Part shown: piece by piece, positions 12,301-24,300 of the stretch
Numbering within the stretch: position 1 is the first letter of the stretch
Layout of the letters: every line of letters begins with the position of its first letter
Assembly (NCBI RefSeq): GCF_006345805.1
Contig: NC_042998.1
Location: forward strand, 169,756,001 to 169,820,000
Direction: 5' to 3'
Length of the DNA stretch: 64,000 nucleotides
Origin: Octopus sinensis
Lineage: Eukaryota
The notes under the pieces: generated by a model
Told to the model about the DNA's origin: nothing
Database searches by the model: none
Seen by the model: the letters and a program-made list of their open reading frames with translations, nothing else
Made by a program: the position numbers and the translations under genes

Positions 12301-15300
12301 CTTCTAGTTTACATCTACCATATCTATTCACAAAGCTTTGTTTGTCTATGGTCTTTAGTAGAAGACACTTGCCCAAAGTGCCAAGTAGTGGGACTGAACC
12401 TGAAACCTTCTGGCTCTATCTATTACTTATTTGAGTCATTTGTCAGTAGCCATATTGAGGCACTGCCTTGAAAGGTTTTAGTTTAATAAATTGATCCCAG
12501 TTCTTAAAGCCTGGTGCTTATTCTGTCTCTTTTGCTGAACTTGGATGTTATGGGGACATAACCAACCCTAGTTGTCAAACTTGTGGGTTACAAACAGAAA
12601 GACACATAGACATATGCATAGATACAGTTTGTTTGTTTTTATATTCAGTTATAATAAAGAAAATTTTACATTTGTTTGATGGGTTACTCTATACTTTTGT
12701 AGAGTGAATTTTTCTTATACAAGAATGCTCTATACTTTAGTAGAGCATGGATTTATTTTTAAATTTCTAAATATCTCAGAGAGATATAAGTAGTGGTGGA
12801 ACGATAGAGCAGTTGTATACTGTCAACTTAACGTGACAGTCCCATAAAGGGAATCACACCACTCTTACCGTCGGCCTTGATACATTACCTGTGTCCTTAT
12901 GTTTCAAGGGGGAGACAAGCACCCCCATCCAGCTAAGCCTGCATCCAGAGACATGTTTCTGAGTCTTGCTCGTCATCAGCCTGGAGTAGCATGGCTTGCT
13001 AGCTGGTTGAAGATACCTGTCTAGACCTTGCAAACATATATAATTTCAGTGAAGTAAATTCACTGATCACAAAAAATATTTATTTTTCTTATACAAGAAT
13101 GTTGTTGACGTTGACTTCTAAGTCACTTTCATCAGCTTGGGCATACTGTTGGACCAAACCCAGGATCAGGTAGTTGGAAAGCAAAGTTCTCGCCATGCTT
13201 GCATCAGAATGTTGTAATGTCCATATTTTTATGTCATTTCTGTATTTTATTTATTAATTTTTTTTTTTGCTTTAGCTGGTGATCCTGTTAATAATGACAC
13301 TGATTTAAATGGAACTGTAGAACCTCAATCCGAGCATGTATTTGTTGCCTTTGCACGTATATTTAGTGGTACAGTGAGAAAAGGATGTAAAGTGTTTGTT
13401 CTTGGACCAAAGCATGACCCAGAAAAAGCTCTACAAGTAAGTTTTTTTCTTTCTTTTTACCAAATCAAAATTGCATGCCCTTTTTACTTAACTTTTTTAA
13501 ACAGTTCTAGATTTAAGAGATGAGGAACTATGTACATTATTTATATTATTTACATAGGCGCAGGAGTGGCTGTGTGGTAAGTAGCTTGCTAAACAACCAC
13601 ATGGTTCCGGGTTCAGTCCCACTGCGTGGCATCTTGGACAAATGTCTTCTGCTATAGCCCCGGGCCGACCAATGCCTTGTGAGTGGATTTGGTAGACGGA
13701 AACTGAAAGAAGCCTGTCGTATATATGTATATATATATATATATGTATGTGTTTGTGTGCCTGTGTTTGTCCCCCTAGCATTGCTTGACAACCGATGCTG
13801 GTATGTTTACGTCCCCATCACTTAGTGGTTTGGCAAAAGAGACTGATAGAATAAGTACTGGGCTTACAAAGAATAAGTCCCGGAGTCGATTTGCTCGACT
13901 AAAGACGGTGCTGCAGCATGGCCGCAGTCAAATGACTGAAACAAGTAAAAGAGTATTCGACAGATATTTGTTCTCATCTTGTTTGTTGTTAACACTTTTT
14001 GGCTGATATACCCTCCAGCCTTCTTCAGGTGTCTTGGAGAAATTTCAAACCTAGGTTCTCATTCCTATGGTATTTTTCGATGTTATTATTGTTGTTGTTG
14101 TTTAGGTCACTGCTTGGAATCGAACTCGGAATCTTGGGGCTAGTAGCCTGCACTCTTAACCCCAAGATTCTGAGTTCGATTCCATGCAATGATCTTAATA
14201 ATAATAATAATAATAATAATAACAATATCAAAAAATACCTTAGGAATGAAAACCCAGGTTCGAAATTTCCCCAAGACACCTGAAGAAAGCTGGAGGGTAT
14301 ATCAGCCGAAACGTGTTAACAAGATGAGGACAAATATTCGTCGAATGTAAATGTTCTCTTTTAAGAAATCATTATTATTGAGAGTAGTCTGTTTAGGCTC
14401 TTTGTAAGCCCTTGAGGTAATTTGAATTTTTGTTCTGCTTATTTTTTATGCCCAATTTTAACCATGTTAGCAAAGATTAGATAAATATATTAAGGCATTG
14501 TTGCTCTTATCTGTTTGTCAAAGGATCTCATGTAGTCAGCCAAGATAACTTGTTGGCAAATCACTGTTTCTAGCTTGCTGATTTTCAGAGAAATGCAGAT
14601 GTAAACAAACACAAACATGTGCATGTACGCACGCACACACACACACACAGGGGCTTCTTTTAGTTTCCAGTATCAAGACAGTGACGCGCGCGCACACACA
14701 ACATATATATATATATATATGATGAGCTTCTTTCAATTTCCATTTACTGAATGCACTCAAAAGGCTTTGGTTGGTGTCGGGTATAATAGAAGACACTTTC
14801 CTGGAACTATGTCGTTGGAAAGCAAACTTACCATACATCCACATCTGACTTCATGATATTATTCACTTTGGTTCTGAGTTCTGTAATCATCAATAGATTA
14901 CTGTCTATATTAAAAGTCAGTTCTTTGGTAATTACATAAATGAATTAGCTATAAGTATATTTTGTGCTCTAAACAAATTACATAGAATGTTAAGAAACTG
15001 AGGATTCTGTAGTCTAGTTGTAAATCAATTGTATATAAGCCAGTTGTAACGTACAGGTTAGATTTTTGTACGCTATCCATATAGTGAGTAAAATCCCTAT
15101 CTGGCAACCAGACTTGGTGGCTGTCATCTCAACCAATATGCTGCTGTGGGTTAGCCAGATGATGGATTCTGGTGGTGATGTTATTCATGCTTTCCAATCC
15201 CATGGCACTGGCCTTAGCATGCTTGAGGTCAAGGCGCTACAACTTCAGGTCTTCAATATGTTTCATGCATATGGTACTGATTGTTAATTTTCCAACCACA

Positions 15301-18300
15301 GGAGGCAAAAACATAAGCTGATCTTGTAAGCAGTCAGTCACTTTACACATTGATTATTAAGTTTAATCTAGCGTTCTACTTAAATTTAATTAGATTTTCA
15401 TTGTGACACTAATTACTACTTAGTGTTTATATAGTTTTGGTTTAGTTGTAATGAATGTTGTTATAAATACAGTGAACAAAGGTGTTGGGTTGGCAGAATC
15501 ATTTGTGCATCTGAGAAAATGCCTTTCAGTATATGTTCTAATGTTTCACATTCTGAACTGAGATCCCAGCTAATTCAATTTTGCCATTAAGTTTTTTGAA
15601 GCTGATGAATAAAGTACCAGTCAAGTGATAGGGTCAGTGTAATCTATTAAGCCCTTCCTTCCAGCCTCAACTCCATCTGACCCATGCAAGCATTGAAAAG
15701 TGGATGTTAAAATTATTCATCATCTTTTAACGTTCGTTTTCCATGCTGGCATGGATTGGATGGTTTGACCAGAGCTGGCAAGCAGGTGAGCTGCACCAGG
15801 TTCCAGTGTGATTTGGCTTGGTTTCTATGGCTAATTGTCTTTCCTAATGCCAACCATTTTACAGAGTGTACTGGATGCTTTCAACATGGCTCTTGCAGGT
15901 TAATCTTCAGCAGTGGGAGCAACCCTAACACTTCTGCTCTGGAGGATGGGTCTTCATGAGTACAATAAGGTGCAAGATATCTAAGTCTTTTGTCATCTCT
16001 TTCATAACTTTGTGTCCTTAGGTCATACTTTGTCCCATGTCTTCCTGAGACTCCCTCTTCCATTAGTTCCATCCATTTTGAATAATCAGCACTTCTTTAT
16101 GATGCATCACTTGACCAAACCAGTGCAGTCTTCTCTCTTACACACTGCATATAATTCCTCTCGTGCCTAACTTTTCTCTTAGCACACCAGTACTCTGTCA
16201 TACATGCACATTTTATATTGCACATCTAGGGGAGCATACTAGCCTTGCATGTCCTCTGCATTCAGGGCCCATGTCTCACTATCATGTAGAATGGCTGTTC
16301 TTACTTTTGTTTAAAGTAAATAATTTATAATACTGTTATATGAATTGTTTGTTTAATTTGTTATTGTAGTTTATTGCTTTTGCTTTCTCCTCATTTTCAT
16401 TCTGAATTTCTATTTCTCTACAGAATGAACAATCAACTTTACTTGAAAATTCTGACCTTACTGTTAATGAACTTTCAAGTGGTCAACACATCATGTCATT
16501 TATAGTACAAGATTTATATCTATTTATGGGAAGAGAGCTGGAAATTATGGATGAAGTACCTGCAGGAAATGTTCTTGGTGAGTTTAGATAGTTTACTTGT
16601 AGAAGTAGCCATGGGTTAAAAAGTTTGCTTCAAAACCATAAGATCTTGAGTTTGATTCCATTATAAAGCATCTTGTATGAGTATCTTTACCATAGCCCAG
16701 ATTAATCCAAGTCTTGTGAATAAAATTGGGGAGGTAAAAGCTGTGGGAGCCTATTGGATGGATTGTACAAGTAATTGTGAGGTCCAAGCTATATCAGTGT
16801 GACAAATATTGTGTCACATGGATACGGCTTGGAATTACATTAAGGATATATATATATCTTTTTGTTTGTTTCAGTCATTGGACTATGGCCATGCTGGGGC
16901 ACTGCCTGAAAGTCTTTTAGTCAAATGGCTCAACTCCAGTATTTATTTTAAGCCTAGTACTTATTCTATCAATCTCTTTTGCCAAACTGCTATGGGGATG
17001 TAAATAAAACAACACCAGTTGTCAAGCAGTGGTGAAGGACAAATATACACTATACACACATGCACATATTTTTATATACAACAGGCTTCTATCAGTTTCA
17101 CTCTATCAAATCCACTCGCAAGGTTTTGATCAGCCCAAGGCTATAGTAGAAGAAAGTTGCCTAGGGCCATACTGTGGGACTGAACTTGGAACCATGTGGT
17201 TGGGAAGCAAACTTCTTACCATACACCCACATCTTTTAACTTTTTGTTGAAAGTTTTATTTGTTTATGAATTTAATTGTTTTCGTGCTTTTTTTTCTTTG
17301 TGTTGGTAAATTTGAATAATAGCATCTCCATCTCATGAATCTCAATGTTTAATCTACAAAACCCAGAGTTCTTATAAACTAATTCTTTGCTTATATCATA
17401 ATTACTTTCTAACAACTGGAAGCACTGTTTCATCTCGTGCATATATCAGTGAATGATTGTGATATTCAGTTCCTTTTGCAACTCAACTGCCCTTAACTTG
17501 TCTTGCAAATCTTTATATATAAAAGAGAAGTTGTGTGTCTGTCTCCGACGATTTAGATTCCTAACTACTCCCACATTTTGCGGTGCAGTTGTGATTCATA
17601 TCGAGCCCTTCTGAGTATTAGCGCGCGTCTACAATGAGTCTACGATTTAAAAAAAATTTACCATCATTTTTTTCCATTTTAATGCATTTTTTCGCTATTA
17701 TATAAGGGAAGTAACTCTCTAAAAATGTCTTCGATGAGTCAACGATTAAAAAAAAATTTACCATCATTTTTTTCCCATTTTTAATGCATTTTTTTGCTAT
17801 AACTCTCTAAAAATGCTTATATAGTTATTTCCCTTACAAACCCAAGCAACGCCGGGCGATACTGCTAGTTTTACATAAAATAGTTTGTTCTTTAATCACT
17901 GCTGGCTTCCTGCAGTGGATCTTCTTTGATCATAGATTTGTCCAGTTAAAGCTGACCTGAGGCCAGACAACAACAACAACTTCTTCCAGTAAAAGATTTG
18001 TCATTTACTCTTTTACTTGTTTCAGTCATTTGACTGTGGCCATGCTGGAGCACCGCCTTTAGTCGAGCAAATCGACCCCAGGACTTATTCTTTGTAAGCC
18101 TAGTACTTATATCGGTCTCTTATGCCGAACCGCTAAGTTACAAGGACGTAAACACACCAGCATCGGTCGTCAAGCGATGTTGGGGGGACAAACACAGACA
18201 CACAAACATATATATGCAACGGGCTTCTTTCAGTTTCCGTCTCCCAAATCCACTCACAAGGCTTTGGTCGGCCCGAGGCTATAGTAGAAGACACTTGCCC

Positions 18301-21300
18301 AAGGTGCCACACAGTGGGACTGAACCCAGAACCATGAGGTTGGTAAGCAAGCTACTTACTTCTCATTGTTGGCTACACCATTGCTGCTGTTGTATCTAAA
18401 GTTCTGTTTACTTATCAATGATCCCACTGTACTTTTTTACTTTCTCCATTGTTTACTCTGTTTACACTATATTGGGTACCTATTAACTCTCTATATTCAG
18501 ATAAAGGCATGGCTGTACGGTAAAATGTTTGCTTTCCAACCACATGGTTCTGGGTTCAGTCCCACTGCATAGCACCTTGAGCAAGTGTCTTCTACTATAG
18601 CTTTGGTTCGACCAAAACCTTGTGAGTGGAGTTGGTAGATGGGAACCGAAAGAAACCCATTGTGTGTGTGTGTATGAATATATATATATATGTATGTAAT
18701 TTGTGTTTGTCTCTACCACTGCTTGACAACTGTTGTTGGTGTGTTTACATCCCTGTAATCTAATGGTTCAGCAAAAGAGACCAATAGAATAAATACTGGA
18801 GTCAATTTATTTGACTAAAATTCTTGAAGGCTATGCTCCAGCATGGCAGCAGTCTAATGACAAACAAGCCAGAGGTTATTTTCATTATACAGTTGGGCTT
18901 TTTATTGTTTTGAATTCATTTTGACCATATTTTTTTTTCGTATATTAGATAGAACCCCAACTTGTGCAAATTTGTATGGTTCTTCGATTTGTTCAAAGTG
19001 CTTGTGTTGATGCTGAAGTACATTCATAGTATCAGTAGTTACAAGCTGTTACACAAACTGTTGTATCAAATCCATATGTTAATTAGCATTTGTCCTGCTA
19101 TTTTTACTACTTTTAATCCTTTTGCTGCAACCTACTCCCTCTGCGCTTGCACATACTCACTTACTCGAGCATATCCCTATTTTACCTTTGTATTAGTTGT
19201 TGAGTAGCCCTAGTCAATATAGTTGTATAGGTTGAATAAATTTGTGGTACAAAAGCTGCTAATCATATAGGTCATGCATTCTGGATATACCATATCATCT
19301 GTCTAATCTAGAACCATTCTATACCCTGTGACAATCAGTAACCTGTGACATGTTGCTTAGCAATTAGGAAGGCCTGATGTCTTCATTTTGCCATAAGTGA
19401 CTACAGACGAGATTTGTAAAGCAGACTCAACCAGTATATAAAAGTTTTAGTTACTTGAGAGTCACAGAATTTGGGCTTAGAATGGAAATAAAGCTATTTT
19501 GCTGCGTTTTATGTCTAGTGCAGAAGATAATGAATTTATTTCAGTGGTAGTGTTGTATTATTTTTGAATTAGGTATGTAGTCATGGAGTTGAAGTTACTG
19601 TATGAATAGGAGTTATCTAAGGAATTTCTCCTGCGTTGTTACTTAATTTCCTCAATCTGAGATTTAATATGTAAGGTTATTAAACATGTTTTTTTACTTT
19701 TGTGGTATTGGTTCAATTTGTAGGAATTGGAAATTTAGAAGAATATGTTCTGAAGACAGCAACATTATGTGAAACCATAGCATGTCCTGCTTTCACTGAA
19801 ATGCACTTCGAGGCTGCTCCCATTGTACGTGTTGCTATTGAGCCACAAAATATCTGTAAGTCTGTTTTATTTTTTCAGTATTATTTTAAAGTTGAAGGCA
19901 GTGAGCTTGCTGAATCATTAACATGCCAGGCAAAATGCTTATCATTTTTACATTCTGAGTTCATCTTTATGTTCTGAGTTCAAATTCTGCCATGGTCTAC
20001 TTTGTCTTTCATCCTTTCAGGAATGATAAAATAAGTACCAGTTGAGTACTGGGATCAATGTAATCAACTTACTCCTTCTCTTGGTATTGCTGGTCTTGTG
20101 CCAAAATTTGAAATCAGTATTATTTTGAAGTTGCTTGAGTCTTATATTACAAAAATCTTTATATGAAATGTAACTTTTTTTTCTTTGTTGCTGTTGTTAG
20201 GTGATATGCCTAATTTGGTGAAAGGACTTCGTTTGTTAAATCAAGCTGATCCCTGTGTAGAAGTCCTTGTCCAAGAAACTGGTGAGCATGTTATTGTTGC
20301 AGCAGGAGAAGTTCATTTACAGCGTTGCCTTGAAGATTTAACAGATAGGTAATTACTAGACTTTGTATATATGGCTTCCTGCCTTTATTACAGAAATTAT
20401 GGAAAATTGATCAAAGACGGTTTCAAACTTTGATTTTTTTTTTTTTCGTTTCATTGCAGGTATGCTAACGTACAGATCATTGCTTCTTCACCGATTGTGC
20501 CATTCCGTGAAACAATAATTACTCCTCCTAAAACTGATATGGTCAATGAAGCTATTGTTCAAATGACTGATACAAAATGTTTACGTATGAAGAATATGGA
20601 GAATGATATAGAGGAGATTAGACCCGGTCTTATTGAAATACAAACATCAAATCGAAAATGCACTATTCACCTCAGTGCAAAACCTCTTCCAGAAGAAGTT
20701 GCAAGCATTTTGGAAAAAAGTACAGAGGTCTTAAAATATTTCCAAGCTCAAATAAAAATCCGAACTTCTAAAGGAGACCAATTAAAAAGTACTGAAATAA
20801 ATCATGTTCTGGATGAAGGTGTCCGAAATCTAAAGAAACAGTTAGATGATGCTTTTTCACAAGCGGGTAAAGAATGGCAGGGGTTCACCGATCATATATG
20901 GTCCTTTGGGCCTCGACATGTTGGACCAAATATACTTGTGAATAAAATCCCTAATTACCAAAGACCTTCGTTATGGAACATTACAGATGATACCACTGGC
21001 ATGCTGCGTAGTTATGATGATAGCATTATCAGTGGTTTTCAAATGGCTACTTTGTCGGGCCCTCTTTGTGAAGAACCAATGCATGGTGTCTGTTTTATTA
21101 TTGAACAGTGGGATTACTTGGAGAGTCTTAATGGGACATCATCATGTTGTATAGGTGATACAAACGGTGCATCAGAAAAGAGAAAACAAGACTTAACATA
21201 CACTAATGAGGTTACATATGGCTCATTGTCAGGGCAGTTAATGTCGACTATAAAAGATAGTTGTAGAAAGGTATTCTTAACTCAGTCAATGCGTTTAATG

Positions 21301-24300
21301 GTTGCTATGTACAAATGTGATATTCAAGCTACTGCTGATGTACTTGGTAAGTTGAATTTCTTTTGAAAGTAAATTTCCAAATTTTTGCATTCATATGTTT
21401 ATGAAATATTTACTCTTTAATTCAAAAGATAGATTTATAAAAAACTTTACTCTGTAATATAGATATGAGCTTTTCCTAGTTGGAAATTTTAAGTCAGAAA
21501 ATATTTTCTTGCTAATTCAGCTTTGAATGATGTATTAATTTCAATTATTGGTTCACTAATGTTAAGTGTTTCATACAATCTCATACACTTTGCTGACCGT
21601 TAAAATACTGGATTGCACATTGGTTCAGCATTTTCAACAACTGGTGTATTGTCTTCATGAGAAAGGTACATGATAAACATAATTTTGCTTGTTTCATTAA
21701 CATATTTAACCCTTTAGTATTTAAACCGGCCATATCCGGCTATAATATTTAATCTGTTTTATGTTCAAACTGACCAGATCCAGGCCCTCACACCTACCCT
21801 ACAATGTTATTCTACATTAAGTAATTACACCATCAAGATCTTGAAGATATGAGATAATGCATGATTAATTCAAATCAATGGGAATCAATAAGCATTATGT
21901 TTGATTGAATAATCTGAACACTAAAGGGTTAACTTTCAACTGGCCAAACAGAGTGCTTTGCTGTCTAAACAATGGCTCTGGCAGTATGAAAATATTAGTT
22001 TCTGTTATGTCGCAATACTACACAGAGGCGGTGTGTGCTATGAAATCCTCGTCACACATTCGGATGCCTTCTACTCTGCTCTACTCTACCGACTGCTACT
22101 CAACTGTACTCTCTACTACTTGACGTCTAGACTTCTCCCTCTATATCAACATATTGGGCTAGCCTACTTCATCGTCTGAGGGCGTCCACACAACAGTTTC
22201 AAACACTTTTTCATTCTGACATAAGAAAAAGGAAACAAAGATAAAAAAATATTTACAATTGCAAATCTTAGAATGTACTTTTTAAAATGTCATTACTTTT
22301 AACTACTACTCCACCTGCACTAATTTGAAAAAGATTTTAGTTGTTAATCCTTGCTCATATATTTACTTATTTCAGGTAAACTGTATGCTGTACTTGGAAA
22401 GCGCAATGGTAAGATACTTCATGAAGATATGAGAGAAGGTACTCGGGTATTTAATATTGAAGCAGCTCTACCAATTATTGAAAGCTTTGGTTTTGCTGAA
22501 GACATCAGGAAAAAAACAAGTGGTTTGGCTAGTCCACAACTCCGTTTTAGTCATTGGGAGGTAAGGAAAAATTTTGATTAAGGATAAATTAAAAGAACTG
22601 ATTATATACAGTGATTTCTAACATAGCCAAAATATGTTGACTTAATCAATTTTAGACTTTGACATATTCCTTTTTGATCAAAGCCAGTGAGTTTTGGATT
22701 TGGTTACTAAGCACTAAGGTATTTTGTCTAGTACTCTGCTGGTACTGTCACTTCATTACAATCATCAGCGCCGCCCCGACTGGCCTTGTGCTGGTGGCAC
22801 GTAAAAAGCACCATCCGATCGTGGCCATTGCCAGCCTCGCCTGGCCCCCGTGCCGGTGGCACGTAAAAAGCACCCACTACACTCATGGAGTGGTTGGCAT
22901 TAGGAAGGGCATCCAGCCGTAGAAACATTGCCAGATGAGACTAGGCTTGGTGCAGCCTTCTGGCTTCCCAGACCCCAGTTGAACCGTCCAACCCATGCTA
23001 GCATGGAAAGCGGACGCTAAACGATGATGATGATATCCACTCATTCCTGCTCGCATGTCTTGAATAGGTAATCTCCAGCATGGGTGTCACACCATTTGAT
23101 GTGTTTCTTTGTCATTTCTTTTGTAAGGTTCCACCTTCTCTGATCATCATCAACAACATTTAATGTACGTTTTCCATCCGGGCATGGGTTGGGTGGATTG
23201 ACAGGAACTGGTAAGGCCAGATGTTTTGGCTTGGTTTCTATAGCAGGATGTCCTTCCTAGTGACAACCACTTTACAGACCAGCTTTTATAATTTCTCCTA
23301 TATCTTCCATGGTCTTTAGCTTCTATAGGGTGTCTTAACTGGAATTGCTTGGTATGTCTTTACTCAACTGTATTCCTGTATATGCATCACATGATTATTT
23401 ATACCTGTGCAGTTCATCTCTTTTGCTCTTTACATCTGATTTCACTCAGATCATTTGTGCTTCATAATTCATGCACATTAACATTGCATACTCAGCAGAG
23501 CATTTTTGTCTCATTTTTATGTTCAGCCTTTGCAATTCTTCTGCATTTAATGCCCAGTGTTTTGCTGCTACACATCAATGTACTTCATACATGTCATGCA
23601 ATCTTCCCTTCATTCCTTTCAAAACTCTATCACCGCTGTTAATTATGTTACATAGGTAACAGAAGCTATCAACTATTTCTAGAGAAACTTCTCTGCAGTT
23701 GAAAGTACTTATTTCCTAGATGCTCTTACTATTAACTATTCCTGTGATCTGCTATAGATGAAGTCTTCCTTTCCTGATAACCTGCCTATGAATCCATTAC
23801 TCCTCTTGTACACTTTTTTTTTTTTTTTGCATACTGAGCAAGGGCCACTTCCCAGTGGTAGCAAAGTCCTGTTTTATTCTATTTTTTTCTACTAGGCTTA
23901 CTTTAAGGACTTAATTTCATGCTAAGACTTTTTTTTGATAATTATCAACATACAACAGTTCCTTTTTTTTGGGGGGGGGGGTTAGTCTCTTAAACTTCTT
24001 TTATGGTCAGCAGAACTATAATATGCAATAGAGGGCCTTGATTGCTACCTGTCTGTATGCTAAATTCTTCACTAAACTCGCACCTTGCTTTCTTTACATG
24101 GCTAGCATTACAAAGCACTTGTTAATTTTTAACAGAAGTGCTTCCAACTCTTCAGTACTGGCTTACTGTTAAGTGGGATGATTTGGAAGTTCTCTTACTT
24201 GGATATGTGATACAAACAATTTAGAGCTAGTTATAAGAAAAGAATCACTAATATCTTTGACTAGTACCCAATTGATCCATATCAGTACTTTCAAGCACTA

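Noticed and set aside
13497-13791. Recurrent ORFs such as [15 protein letters not shown] and [18 protein letters not shown] (also at 18214, 34433, 35163, 39686, 58194)
   Set aside because: Antisense or sense readings of SINE A copies.
13924-13947. SINE A tail cagtc-aaat-gactGAAACAAGTA as a hammerhead half
   Set aside because: No CUGANGA upstream in any copy; better explained as a LINE-recognition stem-loop before the tandem tail.
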